A DNA stretch of 60,453 nt, the filler included, from Basidiobolus meristosporus CBS 931.73 (Eukaryota > Fungi > Basidiobolomycota), in the NCBI GenBank assembly GCA_002104905.1. It is 3 parts of 3 records of this genome, joined end to end, with 100 filler letters (N's around TTAATTAATTAA, not from the genome) between each part and the next. Parts side by side here need not be neighbours in the genome. Positions count along the whole stretch, not along the records: positions 1 to 20,671 come from MCFE01001000.1; 2 more parts are not named here. One strand, written 5' to 3'. Every line of letters starts with the position of its first letter. Position 1 is the first letter of the stretch. Both the position numbers and the translations under genes were made by a program. The notes beneath the pieces are model-generated. The model did not search any database. It was not told where the DNA came from and saw nothing but the letters and a program-made list of their open reading frames with translations. This document shows positions 1 to 13,278 of the stretch, in pieces.

Positions 1-820
1 ACAGATATAATGGCTCAGAGAAGTTAAGAGAGAGTCCACAAAGGGCTTTTACCATTCCTTTATGAAGAGTGACTGATGTCTCAGGTAGAGATTACAACAT
101 CTTCCCTACAAAGAAGGATCACAAGTAGTACAATGTCATAAACCAGATTTACACTGTTATTTAATGTAACATTAGTGGTACCCTTTACACTTGTGTAGAA
201 CATCAGCAGTGCCCAAAGATAAATGCCACAGAAAACCTATGAGAGCATGGAGGGAGACACTACCACATACATACCAAAGCCTAAAAATTTGGAGACTTTG
301 AAGATCCATGAGGCTGTTAGGTACACTGATGAAGTGGAGGCTCACACATAGGAGGGCATAAGAGGTCAGCTTTGCCAGCTGCTATGCACCAGCTAACTAT
401 GGAACCATTGGGGACTCAAGGCAAAGCAGAAGACACCTGACCATTTCAGTCAGCATTATCAGGGCTTAAACAAGCAAATGACCAAGGGCCTTTCTCAGTG
501 AACTAAGAGACTATCCTACAAATAACAGATACCATCAATGGTAGGCAACCAAAACAGCCACAGCTAGTGCCATCAAGTCTCTCACAAGCCCATCATATGT
601 AAGGCTGAGTGCCTTGAACCAGTAGCACAGAAATGTCTGATTGCTGAAACAGTGGGAGAAAGAGAGTAGCAGGCAGAAACAGCAAAGGAAAAAAGTCTTT
701 CCAAGCCAGAGAAAATAGAGAGTGCTAAAAAAGCTGCTGTTCTCACCATCTCACATTGTTGCCTTAGAGCAGTGTGAGTCTCATAAAAGTCAAGAAGAGC
801 ACTCAACAATGCAACAATAG
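1..820 (+). mobile_element. Diverged remnant of the CACTA accessory ORF ('ORF-X')
   Basis: Matches ORF-X copies, e.g. cagcagtgcccaaagataaatgccacagaaaacc (~205) vs QQCPKIKPTEN, and ccattggggactcaaggcaaagcag (~405) vs ccattgggaactcaaggccaagcag; no intact frame. Confidence 0.6.
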
Positions 821-1009
821 ACACCAGAACTAAACAAGTCTGTTACATGAAGAATAAGCACATGTTGAGATATTAGAGAAATGCATTGGAAGTAAAATGG
901 GAAATGAGAAGGTTTACATAAATTTCACATGTTGATTTATCAGGGTGTAACTTAATATATTAACGATTGCAAAGCTACATATATGTGACTACTTGCTCAT
1001 TATTATGGG

Positions 1010-1520
1010 AGCCTTAGGAGAACATGTGCCCAGTTTGAGCTCATTTGGATAAGCTTCAGATTTACCTAAAATTTTGTACTTCACTAATTTCTAAGAATTA
1101 GCAAATATCTTACAAATTAATTTCTAAGTTGGTATTCTGAAATACTTCATTTAAATAGGTGCTAGCTCATAATAAATTAATATTTAGGTGAACTCCTAAT
1201 TATTGCTATACTCCACTTGCATAATATGTACATATACTTCTAAACTTGCTGTGGTGTTGCATATCTTCCAGTTGAAACTAAACCTGAAAATAGCCATCCA
1301 GCCTATTGGACTAATATATTCTCCAGTATAGTTCAGGAAATGCAAAATATACATAATGAAATAGTAGAAGCCTATACAAGTATTTACATACTGTAGATAA
1401 AGTTACTTTAAGTCTAAATTCTGATCTCATTGGAAAATACCTATGGATTAGTATCATCAACATGAGCAGGGTAAAGCATCTTGGATATTTATCATATCCA
1501 GTCATAGTGCCTACCATTAG
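1010..1520 (-). pseudogene. Highly degenerate Ty3/Gypsy-type reverse transcriptase remnant
   Basis: Manual minus-strand translation gives LDGYFQV..ED (cf. LDLxSGYxQ), VHLN-ILIY (cf. YLDDILIY) and an LGH-like stretch in the expected order; many stops and frameshifts. Confidence 0.45.
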
Positions 1521-4500
1521 TAGCTGTGCTTTCAGGCTTTCTACTGCTTTTTATTCAAGTGTAATTGGACCATAACTGGCAAAGTTACAATAGAGTTCCT
1601 TTCCAATAGATCTGGATCATCCACAGTTCTAGTATATAGTATAATTCACTTCGACTCTTCTCATTATATCCATAACCACATCTGGATAATAACATTCTTT
1701 GTATATTCCATATATGATATGCTGGAACCAATGACTGGTTGGCATTATAATAGCCTTAATTGTCACCAGTTGGTCCAAGGCTTCTGCTTCCAGACTAGTG
1801 CTTTCAATGGTATTTAAACTAGGTTCTCTTCATTCCTGGTCTGGGAAATTGTACTCCCATGGAAGCTATACCATCTTGTGCTTCCTGCCTTCTGAAATGG
1901 AATTAGATAGTACATTTATTTTCTTCTGATCTAGGCTTAACTTTCTTGAACTAATATTGCTGCTATGTACTCAGATTTTCCATTTACATCTTGATTGACT
2001 TGCTCTGGCATCACAGAGTGCTATAGCCTGATTGGTAGTTACTCATAAAAGCTACATCCTAAACAAGATAGGTATGCACTCATATATACCATTGCACTCA
2101 ACCATACAACTGGATCTGGCACTTATCATTGCATAAATCTAATATAACAGCTCTGATATGCCACTATTACTTCTGATAAAATACTCCAGCATAGCACTCA
2201 GTTGACAGTGCTAATAGACAGCCCATGATCTTCTGCACCTGTCATAACCCTTAGGTTGGCCCTTGGTGCTACTTTGCCAGCACCAACAGCAAGGAATTTG
2301 CCTACATTGTTCATCATAACACTGATGTTGCCGCTGAGTGCGTGTGGTTTCTCATGGACTTTTCTACTGCTTTTCCATGTATCAATACTCCATTATCCTT
2401 GAGTGATGAGATTGCCGGATCATATCTAGTGTGCTAGATAGTCCAAATCTGGCTTAGGTATCACTTAACTCCTTTGAGAAACTGACAACTGATTGGCAAT
2501 AAGTTTCAGCTCTTTACATGGTCCAGAAAATGCTTACTGCTGAGTTTCCTTTTTAATCTAGTTCTGGATCATGCAGGTAGCATATCCATGGCTTTTCAGA
2601 TTGCCTAGAGTGCTCAGAAGCCTCCTGTCTGTAGAGCACCTCTATTGTGGTATATTTCATCCAAACTGGTCATCTGCTTAGATCGGATATAATTTCTGAC
2701 AGGCTTGATTATATTTGATCAAATAAGCTTGCTTAAAAAGACATTTCTCTCAGCATCTTGGTGGCAGATATCACTTACTGCAGTGTGGACTGTAGCTGGG
2801 AACTGCAAGTAAACTGAGCCAATCATAACAGCAGGATTAGCATCTGATCCATATTAATATATATGATTGGCAATCACTTAATGCCTAGTGATAAATGTTC
2901 TAATGTAGAACAACTAGTATATTTCTCAATAGTGGCCCACATATTGTCCCCAGTATATATGAAGATTATATGCATATACTTTACTCAGGATCTCAAGCAG
3001 CACTTTTCATCATGGCAGTAGAAATTCCATATTCAGATATATACAAATATATCTCCTCCTACTGTTTCTGATACTTAATGCAAATATGAAGCTTGTTTAA
3101 TAAGCATCTTGCAGAGCCTATGGATTATTGGTGCTAGAAATAGTATTGGTCTTATATCATGTGTAACACTCCAAAGTTGTCATGTATGATTTCATTGATC
3201 TATATATTGGCATTATATATCATTCTTGTATGCATATGGGCAAGCTGATCCATGTATCTGTCTGCATAGAGAGCTCCAAACTAGGGTGGCAGGTGGCTCC
3301 AAAGTGTTTGCGCAGCATTTTCATCTCAAGTGGCTACTGACTCATATAATTTCACTGCAGGAATGCAGGTATTTGATTGACTGAAATAATCTAATCTACA
3401 CCCAGGTATATGTGGATCCTCAACATAGCTCCTTTTTGTTATGATGATAAGGAGCATAGCATTAATAGATATATCATGTGGTATGTTCCTTATTGACCTG
3501 AACACCTTGCTGGGATTATGTGCTTTCTCAAAGCCTCATACTTCTGCTCATTTCATTATGTGAAACTTGCCAACATGATCTCTGCGGCATATGACCTCTT
3601 TCTTCTCTCAGTGACTTTGTTAAATGCATATTCCTCTCTCCAGATGATGCCTAATTGTAGTCATTGGACAAGATGTTGTAGCTGGCATGCAGTCAATTAG
3701 GTAGCAAAAACACATAGCAAATAAGTGCACTGGCAATACTGGAAATAAATGTACGTGTAGGGTGTAGATTTATAGGGGCATTATTATGAGTGTGAGACAA
3801 CATTGATCTTATACTTGCTCTGTTAGATACTGCCACTATGAGCAATGAGTTCTAGATAATGCAGGAATGTGCCAGAAAGTCTAAGTAGACCTTTACTTGG
3901 CCAAAGAGTATGAGATACAGCTCAAATCTTTGTCAAAAGTTGCTTCTGTGTTTCACCCATTTTGCTAGAGAAAATCCACTTTTTGCCCTTTTTTTGGAAT
4001 TAATGTTGTGCATGATGTGTAAGAGCACAGAACAACTGAAGGCATGTATCTGGTACTCAATACCAACAGCACTCTGAACTTAGCTATGGAGGTTTGTAAG
4101 ATGCCACAAAATTGCATGCCACTATGTTATTCACTGGTACTATCTGGCACTTTTCTTAAATATACGCTGTCAGGTACAACCTGTACAAAGCACTTTTAGT
4201 AATTCATTATAAGTTCATCCACTTCTCCTGGTGTTTTTCTCACAATGGTTACTTCGGAAGCATTTTTTAGTGATTAACTTTGCCTATCTGAGCTAGTTTC
4301 TTTACCATCCTCTTGGTTATCTCTATACTAACAGTCACCCCATGAGTTGTATTTGGTCACTCATGTGAGTTCAGTTCAGAGATACCAACATTATCCCAAC
4401 TCAAGGCAGTCATTTTGTTGGCAGCCTGATATATTGACTCTCTTTGCAGGTATATGATGGGATTGGGAAGGTGTTTAGCCAATTCTACTGCCAAATAGGT

Positions 4501-4629
4501 AAGAGATCTTAAAGATGTCTTGGCAGTCTTTTGACAGGATTTAAACTGCATTCTAATGGTCTTATTGTTGCCAACATTTATTTGTGCAGTCACTACCAGC
4601 CAGTACATGCAAATACCTCACATGGAAGA

Positions 4630-4860
4630 AAGCATGATGGTATTTTGATGGAGTACAGTAGCCAACAACTAGTACTGTGTAATGCTATTTTACCAATTTA
4701 ATAAGTGGGACTTTTTATTGCTACTTCCCCTTGCACCATTCATATGCTGGTAACATATGCAACTTGAAAACACATGCTTGGTTACCACTACTTTGCCATC
4801 AATATCTCTTGTATATCTGCAGAGTACTTTTCAGTACTTAGCCAGTGTGTACCTGCTAGA
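4630..4860 (-). mobile_element. CACTA transposase C-terminal remnant, internally deleted
   Basis: Homologous to 27370-27790 and 45020-45440 (gatggtattt..., catgcttggtt...ccact...gccat). Confidence 0.55.
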
Positions 4861-4869
4861 TATGATGGG

Positions 4870-5011
4870 ATTTTAGTCAAACTGTATAGATTTGCTTACT
4901 GATACCCATAGTAATATGGGCACCATTTTGATCATTGATCCTACAACTAGAATCGTGAAAGCTGAACTTGAATCCGTCTGATGCTCCTGCAAACAGATAA
5001 AAGGTTTCTGG
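4870..5011 (-). mobile_element. Copia family-2 protease-integrase linker, left half of the host split by Copia element A
   Basis: Minus strand reads NLLSV...GFKFSFHDSSCRI.DQNG; joins in frame to LYSPQITK at 10472+ once a 5-bp TSD is removed. Confidence 0.55.
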
Positions 5012-5380
5012 TGCTGAAATATTGGACTGTTTTGTATTATGCAGCTGCAAAAAGTTTATTTAGCAATTCTGGACCAGTCTTAATCACTGTAGGACCAGCC
5101 TACAGCCATTACTTTGCCACATTCTTCAAAATTATGATCCATTGATTACTCCCCTATAGCCAAGATCAAATTAGCATATCACCAATCATTATGTACCAAC
5201 TCTGAAGCTGTTACAGAATGCTCCTGAATAATGAGAAACTAACCTTACTTAGTGTCACAGTTGCATCAATTCTACAAAGGAATAAATACTGAGCATCTTT
5301 ATGAAAAAACAACAATACAACTATTATCGCTACTTTTTGAAAAGTTCCTTATATCTAAAATTGCTTCTCAAAATGCAGCA
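5012..5380 (+). repeat. Copia-1 5' LTR (369 bp)
   Basis: TGCTGAAATATTGG...AATGCAGCA, colinear with LTRs at 9033, 9475, 10103 and 17865. Confidence 0.9.
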
Positions 5381-5419
5381 TGTTATGCCCCCTAACTGCC
5401 ATGATCAGGTCTAAAGAGA

Positions 5420-8151
5420 ATGGCTACCAGTTAAGAGAACAATAAAAACATCTTCCCAGTCAAGGAGAGGCTTGATGGAAAGAATTATAGACTTTGGAGA
5501 ATCAAGATGCAGATTCACCTTGAGGAAAGTAAGCTTTGAAATATAGTTACAGGAAAGGAAGTTGTGCTTAAAGGTTCAGTAGACAAAGTTGAAAAGTTTC
5601 AAGAGGAGGATAGAAAAGCCTTTAATGCCTCAAATACTGCCAAAGCAGCATGGAAATCCATAGAAAAGATATTTGGAGTAAAGTCAGTATCAAGCAAGCT
5701 TTATTTAAAACTAAGTTCTTCATCATGAGGAAGAAGCCAGACAATGACATGCTAGAGCTCATTACCAGAATGGAGACACATGCAGAGGAACTTTGCAGAA
5801 TTAATGCTGGCATAGTTGATAAAGAAAAGAAATTCTGTCTGCTTTGCAGCTAACCAGACAAGTATGAGCCACTGATACTTTCTTTTAAAAGTAGAGAAGA
5901 AAATCTGCCTTTAAACCATGTCAAAGGAGGACTTCTCCATGAAGAACTCAGATGTAATGATTAAGCAGAGATAGTTGAAGATAATGCTTTATTCAGCTCA
6001 GAAAGGCACACAGAGAAGAAGGCAAAGCAACAAAACCAAAGAAACCCTTGTTGCTGTAACTACTGTAGGAAGCCAGGACACTGGCAAGTGAATGCATCAA
6101 GTAACAGGCAGACAAAAAAAACTAGAGCAGGCAAACCATATAACTACAGATGAACTTTTTTTTGTATATGCACCAGAAAGTGTAAGCAACCAAAGTAATG
6201 CATAGTAAATTGACTCTGGAGCATCACAGCATATTTGTAGTATAGAGTTGTTCAGCAACATAAAGACTAATCCCATAAGAAAGGTTTGTCTGGGAGGCAA
6301 CTCTGCACTGGAAGCTACTGCCAGTGGGTCTATACAGATAAATATGAGTGATATCTCAGGGACCACAACAACAATATTGGTTAATGTACTCTATGCACCT
6401 GGAATAGCTAAGAGTATACCCTCAATCAGTATAGCAACTACTCAGGGACTGAAATCAGCTTTCACAAAGCTGAGCTGTTCAATATTGAGTGAAAATGGAC
6501 AAAAATCAGCTTTGCAATTCAGAGGCCTCAATGTATATAGGTTGCAATAAAAGAATACTGTACCTGAGTGTGTCAACATTGCAACATTGGCAAAACTAAC
6601 TGGGAGACATGGCTTAGGAGGCTAGGGTGCAATGGGGAATAGAAAATGAGCCAATAAGTGAGACCTCAACTTGTTTTGGCCTAAACCACCCAATTCCAAA
6701 TAAATTGAGTGACTGTAAGGGATGTTAATATGGCAAACAAGTTAGGCAACATTTAGGAACCTCAGGAGTCATTAAGACCACCAAAATACTGGCCACTGTG
6801 CACTGAGACATATGGGGACCCATGGGATCATGGTTCCTTAGAGCCAGGAGATACTCTATGAAGTTTATTCTTGGCACAACAAGATTTACATGGGTGTACT
6901 TCCTCAAGACAAAAGATGGGGCTTTGGCAACATTAAGCACTTCCTTAACATGGCAAAACACAAACTGGGCATAAATTGACGATATTTTGAAGTGACAATG
7001 GAGAGGAATACTAATCAAATGAGTTTGCAAAATACTTCTTGACTGCTAGTATACTCCATCAGACCACTGTTCCAAATACTCCGCAGCAAATTGGAGTAGC
7101 TCTATGTGAAAGTAGAGCAACAGTTAGGGTGGGAAAATCTATGGTACATGATATGGGAATGGATTACAAGTATTAGACCAAATCTGTTGCTACCACATAT
7201 ACATCAGCAATAGATGACTGTCAACAGCACTAAATGATTTTACTCCCTTTGATGCATATACAGGCAAAAAACCACATCTCCAGCACCTCAGCATCACTGG
7301 AAGTAATATTTTTATAAAATCCCTAACAAATAATGTTCAAAGCTGGAACTCCAGAGTAGAAAAGGGATTTTTTTCAGGTATTTTGAAGATTTTAACGGGT
7401 ACAGAGTGTATGACAGCAAAATTCAGATGCTGATCAAGAGCAGGGATGCTGTGTTTAACAAGAATATAATCAGAAAGTCACTGAGAACATTGGCCAGCTG
7501 CCTGATGATGCAATCAACACCAATGAAGAAGATACATACATGATTCAGCCAGATACGGAATATACTTTAACCAGTTTCAGATCTGAGCAGATTATCCCAG
7601 TTAGGAGATCTACCCAAATAAGAAGTGCCCCTGGATCCTGGTGGCAACATTCAATGATCAGGAAGAAGCTTATCTTGCCTTGTGTGCCAAACCACAGAAT
7701 CTGGAACAGGCATTGCAAAGTCCAGACACTGATATATGGCAACAAGCCATGCAGGAGGAACACCTATTATTGATCACAGCAAATATGTGGGAACTGGTAG
7801 ATTGACCAAATGGGAGAATGCAATAGAATGTAGATGGCTCAACAAGATCAAGATAACTTCTAATGGTACTGTTGATAGGTATAAGGCCAGATTGGTGGCT
7901 AAAGGCTATTCCCCAACCCAGGGACTAGACTTCAAAGAAATATTTGCTCCAGTTGACAAGTTTAGCTCCATTAGAACAGTTCTAGGCCTGGAAGCTGTAC
8001 ACTGTCTAGATCCTCATCAAATGGACATCAAAACTGCCTTTCTAAATGGGGATCTGCAAGAAACTATGTAAATGGAGCAATCAGAAGGTCTCACCAATCA
8101 CAAAGGCCCCCATAAGGTTTGCATAATTAGGAAAGTATTATATTGGCTAAA
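5420..8151 (+). pseudogene. Copia gag-pol pseudogene (gag, zinc knuckle, protease, integrase, N-half of RT)
   Basis: Fragments MRKKPDNDML, IDSGASQH, VLYAPGIAK, YKARLVAKGYSPTQGLDFKEIFAPV, HQMDIKTAFLNGDLQE; multiple stops and frameshifts. Confidence 0.9.
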
Positions 8152-9401
8152 AAGCTTCCAGTGCAGAGTAGTCTCCCAGATAAACCTTTCTTACAGGAAG
8201 AGTCTTTATGTTGCCAAACCACTCCCTTATACAGCTAATATGCTGTTATGCTCCAGAGTCAATATACCATGCTATATGGCTTGCATGCTCTGGTTTTTTT
8301 TGTCTGCTGGCTATTTAATGCATTCACTTGCCAGTGTCCTGGCTTCCTACAGTAGTTACAGCAACCAGGGTTTCTTTGGTTTTGTTGCTTTCCCTTCTTC
8401 TCTGTATGCCTTTCTGAGCTGAATAAAGCATTATCTTCAACTATCTCTGCTTAATCACTACATCTGAGTTCTTCATGGAGAAGTCCTCCTTTGACATGGT
8501 TTAAAGGCAGATTTTCTTCTCTACTTTTAAAAGAAAGTATCAGTGGCTCATACTTGTCTGGTTAGCTGCAAAGCAGACAGAATTACTTTTCTTTATCAAC
8601 TATGCCACCATTAATACTGCGAAGTTCTTTTGGATGTGTCTCCATTCTGGTATTGAGTTCTAGCATGTCATTGTCTGGTTTCTTCCTCATGATGAAGAGC
8701 TTGGTTTTAAATAAAGCTTGCTTGATACTGACTGTGATCCAAATATCTTCTTTATGAATTTCCATGCTGCATTGGCAGTATTTAAGGCATGAATTTGTCC
8801 AATGAAGGAATCTTGCACATTGATACATATGGCATCAAAGGCTCATCTTTCCATTTCTTGAAAAATGTTCACTGCTCCTATTGTGTCTTGGGGCTCAACC
8901 TCTCTTCCTATTATAATATTCCAAGGCTCTCTTTCCTCCAGGTGGATCCCCTTCAATTGGAAGATGTGTGTTGTTCTGTGAGCTGGCAGTAGTCATCTTT
9001 AGAATATATCAAGGCTATTGGGGCTCATAATCTGTTGCAATTTAAGAAGTGATTTCAGATATGAGGAACTTATCAAGCAGAAGTGATAATAGTTGCGCTG
9101 TTGTTTATTCATAATGATGCTCAGTATTTAAACCTCTGCAGAAGCAATACAATTGTACCACTCAATATGGGGTGTTTCTCAACATTCAGGAGCATTCTGT
9201 AACAAATTCAGGGTTAGTACATAATGAATGGTCAATGTGCCATTTTGATCTCAACTATAAGGGATCATTCATGGGATCATGGATCTGAAGAAAGCACAAA
9301 GTTAGGGCTGTAAGCTAGTCCAACTGTGTTCAAGACTTGGCAAGAATTGTTAAGTAAATTTTCAGCTCTTGAATGATATCAAATTGTGCAATATTTGAAC
9401 A
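8152..9401 (-). mobile_element. Copia-1 element B: 5'LTR, PBS, gag and protease start; 3'-truncated and inverted relative to A
   Basis: LTR 9033-9401, PBS-like GATTATGAGCCCC at 9020-9032, colinear with 16885-18233. Confidence 0.85.
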
Positions 9402-10102
9402 TGAACAACTGAAGCCAAAATTATGGCTGCTTGTCAAGCAACTAAGGAGGCTATGTGGCTTCAAAAGTTATTCATGTTGAAATATTGGACTATTTGGTAT
9501 CATTCAGCAGCTAAAAATTTACTTAACAATTCTAGGCTAGTCTTAGTCACTGTAGGACTCATTTACTGCCTTAACTTTGCCACTTTCTCCAGATATATGA
9601 TCTTATGATTATTCCCTTATAGTCAGGATCAAATTAGCACTATTACCAAACATTATGTACTAACCCTGAAACTGTTACAGAATGCTCCTGAATATTGAGA
9701 AACCCTCCCTACTTAGTGTTGCAGCTGTATTACTTCTACAAAGGTATAAATACTGAGCTTCTTTATGAATAAACAACAGTTCAACTATTATCACTATTTC
9801 TTGATAAGTTCCTTACATCCAAATCACTTCTTAAATTGCAACAATTCAATGACTTAAGTTTGATTCAGATGAACCAACATGTACTTACAATGATAATTAA
9901 AGTTGTATTTCATTAGCTAGAAATTCTACTAAAAATATCAGAACTAAGCGTATTGATAAACATCTCCATTTTGTGAGGGAAGCAGTGGAAAATAACTTAG
10001 TAGAGCTGGTTTATTGTCATATTGACAAATCCACTGGCTGGACCACAATTTGAAAATCTAAGTGAGGAATTAGGATTAAGATATTATTTAGTTGAGGGGG
10101 AG
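9402..10102 (+). pseudogene. Copia-1 RNase H remnant plus PPT, split by a solo LTR
   Basis: TEAK.MAACQATKEAMWLQKLF, then KRIDKHLHFVREAVENNLVELVYC; PPT at 10090-10102. Confidence 0.85.
9475..9843 (+). repeat. Copia-1 solo LTR with perfect 5-bp TSD
   Basis: TGTTG...CAACA, 369 bp; ATTCA at 9470-9474 and 9844-9848. Confidence 0.95.
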
Positions 10103-10471
10103 TGCTGAAATGTTTGACTACCTGATATCATTCAGCAGCCAAAAACTTACCTAACAATTCTTGACTTGTCTTGGTCACTGTAGAACTAACTTTTAGCCCT
10201 AACTTTACTGCTTACTTCAGATCCATGATCCTATGATTATTCCCCTATAGTTGAGATTAAATAAGCATTTTTACCAATTATCATGTACTAATCTTGAAAC
10301 AGTTCCAAAATGTTACTGAATGTTGAGGAGCCCCCCTTACTAAGTGTTACAGTTGTATTACTACTGCAAAGGTATAAACCTCAAGCTTCTCAATGAAAAG
10401 ATAACAGTCCAATTATCATCACTATTTCTTGATAAGTACCTTATATCCAAATCACTTCTTAAGTTGCTACA
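10103..10471 (+). repeat. Copia-1 3' LTR of element A
   Basis: Directly follows the PPT; 369 bp; ends TTGCTACA. Confidence 0.9.
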
Positions 10472-11300
10472 CTTGGTTATTTGTGGTGAATAGAGTGCTT
10501 CTTTGAAGGTAAGTGTGTAGCTTTATTTGCTGCTTCAACAACTTACTTGAATAGATCCTTTTCCAACCTCATCAAGTGTTTTATTTTCACTCAACATGGT
10601 CCTTTTGACTAGAATCTATTCATACTGGGGGAAATTTATTTTGGTGTGTTAAATATTGAGTTGCTCCAGAGTCAACATACCAAGACTGAGTATCCTTGTT
10701 TGTGGTCATATTGAGCGCTGATTAGCCAGTTTGTTGTCAGTTGTCCCTAAGAAAAAACATTGAGAAAAGGCTAGCCAAATACCATCATAGTATCTGCTGA
10801 ATTCCAAGTACCTCAAAATTGACAATTCTCAATATCTTTGTTCTGAGCTGATGGGCAGGGAAGCACAAAAGTTCTTCAGGTGGGGACTGGGCAAGCTAGC
10901 ATCCATACAAAATTTGGTGATTAGCTGCCCATTACTTCCACCAAGAATTGCATTTGAAATTTTGAACCCAAAACACCAGCTCACTACAAGCAAAATATCA
11001 TCAGAATACCAGCTCACAATCAGATGAATCCCAAGTCTGAGATTTCTCATAGTGTGATGCAGCACTCTTGTAATTGAGCTTTTTCTGCTGATTATCTTCA
11101 TTCTAGAGGTACTGGTCTGATGTGTGCCCTTTCCTTTTACAGTAGGTGCAGAACAGGTAACTATTGCAACTAAAGGGTCTTGTGTACCTACTTTTTGGCT
11201 ATCATTGCTTATTAAAGCAATTTTGACTTCCTTCTTATTGGCACTTAATTTTCTAAATTCATCATCCAGGATCCTGTGGCTAAGGGGTATGGATTCCATA
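10472..11300 (-). mobile_element. Copia family-2 gag-end/protease remnant
   Basis: RILDDEFRK (cf. GRLLDEESRK at ~49650) and SWYVDSGATQ protease motif at ~10660-10690. Confidence 0.7.
10745..11054 (+). mobile_element. CACTA-type MITE copy 1 (~310 bp)
   Basis: Ends CCCTAAGAAAAAAC and GATTTCTCATAGTG; flanks TGT/TGA; body matches three other copies. Confidence 0.75.
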
Positions 11301-11301
11301 A

Positions 11302-13278
11302 GGACACCACACAAAGATTGGCAAAAATAATAGCACCCCAGATATTATAAAAAACTTGGTCAAAATTTCTCATTGCAATAATACAAAAGTAGCATTTGAT
11401 TAGTTCTCCGCCAATTTTCCTACTTTCTAATCCCAGACACTCTATCACCTCCTATATTGGTGTACGTTGATTGGTTATTGCCTCTTTTTTGCACTATTTA
11501 CTTGCTGACTCAACCATTGCTGTTATTTTTCATGCATACCTATTGATTTAATTCCATTGAAACTTAAGTTGTATTTCAATTGCCAGATGTATTGACCTAT
11601 GCAAGTCCCTATACCCCACACTAACATTAAGCCCAACCCCACACTCAACAAGTAACTACATTAAATTCACCACTCAATATGTATTTCTGCTGTAATGCTC
11701 CATTTCCCCAACTTTGGCAGGAACCCCATGGCTTTATGCCATTGTTCATTTACTGATTGCCATATGTCTTAGTCTTCAACCCGCACTGCAAGGTCTAGCT
11801 CCTCATCTGCCAGTTTTTGCAATAAGCCCGTGCAATATTCAAGTGCATTTTCTTGAGCACTGCTCTTGAAGAAGTGCTGCAACCTCTTGGTATAACTATT
11901 GCAGTTCCAAAATTTCACTGAAGGCATTGTAATAACCTTTTGAGTTCTTGATGTTGCTACTCTGTCTGTCAGTGGGATCTCCACTCTGTCAACCATGGAG
12001 GAAATGGAGGCAATGGTAGACAAATTGAGTTTTTGGAGTGTTTTTGGAGTGTAGTGCAACTATCTGCACATCCAACTCTTATGAAATCAGCTATTTTCTT
12101 GTGGGTAAATCAAATTGGCTATGATAGGATTCAGTCTGTTCTGGGCTTACGGCATTAATTGGCAAGAACTGCAGCTTTTTCTTACACTTCCCTCTCTCTG
12201 GCTTGGGTGGACATTTTCCCCTTTACCTTCTCCTTTATCATTGCCAGGTCTTTCACAACTACTTTGTCTGAGTGCTTCTGGTATTGAACTACATTTTCTC
12301 CTTACTAAATGCTGCTCTGATGTATCTGTTTTGGCCTGCTTGTCCCTTGTTGGCACTCTGCAGGCAACCTGATGCTTCTTCTCTGCTTGTTTCAAGCTCT
12401 CAGCCCATACTGTGATGGGCTCCTGGGGTATTTGCTCATTTCTATAGCTGCCAGGTACTTCACTGCTACCTTGACTGAATGCCTCTTGAATAAAACTATG
12501 CTTTTTCTTTGGTAAATGGTATGGTGGTGGATCTGTGTCTGCCTGCATTTCCCTTGTTGGCATCCTTCCAGCTACCTGATGCCTTGTTGACACATGTTTG
12601 GAGCTTTCAGCCCTGCTTAAAACAGGCTCTTGAGGAAGCCACTGGTTTTTAGTCATTGCACCCTTGTTCTTCTGCATTTGATGGTTTCTGCTATTTTTGA
12701 GATAGCTTCGTAGCATACCAATGCTGGCCCTGAAACCATTGCTCATTTGATTTCAGGATAATGCACAAGAGGCAAGTCAAGTGCAATCTGCTTGGCCTTG
12801 AGTTCCTGATGGTCCCATGGTGTGCCTGCCTTAAGATGTTGGTGTGCTAGTCTTTCAAAAGCCCCTTGAATATTATCCCACCCTTCATTGTTGCACTCAG
12901 CAGCTTCACAGATCTTCAGTGTCTTTTGATCTTGAGGCTTTGGGATAAACTCAACATTTTCTCCTTCCCATGCAGTGATAGGTTCATCTGTTGGCTTTAT
13001 CTTTGGGCACTGTTGTTGTGCTTCAAGGAATGTGTAATGTTCCTCTGCTGTTACATTGGGAAATAGCTCAAATCTTGGCTGTGACATAAAGCTACTCAAG
13101 TTCCTTCTTTGCAGCAAAGATACTGCTTCCTCTACCTGGGACATTGTTAGCTCTACACCTTTTATTGGCTCATCCTGCCTCTGGACTAAATCCTGATTTC
13201 TGTGGGCCATCACATCTATCCAATCTGCCACTGCACCTAATTGCTTCATTCATGCTTTGGTTCAAGCCAACAACATAC
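11302..13278 (-). mobile_element. CACTA ORF-X copy; terminal ~85 bp and 5' part missing
   Basis: ORFs 12743-13249, 12147-12746 and 11769-12059 are colinear with 28230-30210. Confidence 0.85.

Larger units (their letters stand above)
5012..10471 (+). mobile_element. Ty1/Copia family-1 element A (5'LTR-gag-PR-IN-partial RT ... RNaseH-PPT-3'LTR) with two nested same-family insertions
   Basis: Two 369-bp LTRs (5012-5380, 10103-10471), degenerate PBS at 5381, PPT AGTTGAGGGGGAG at 10090-10102, flanks TCTGG/CTTGG (degenerate TSD), host sequence continuous across the insertion. Confidence 0.85.

Noticed and set aside
2300-3900. Probable gag region of the degenerate Gypsy at 1010-1520
   Set aside because: No motif could be read convincingly by eye; left unannotated.
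4050-4210. Weak similarity (ctatctggcact) to the PHIS left subterminal block
   Set aside because: Match too short, with no TIR; cannot be supported.
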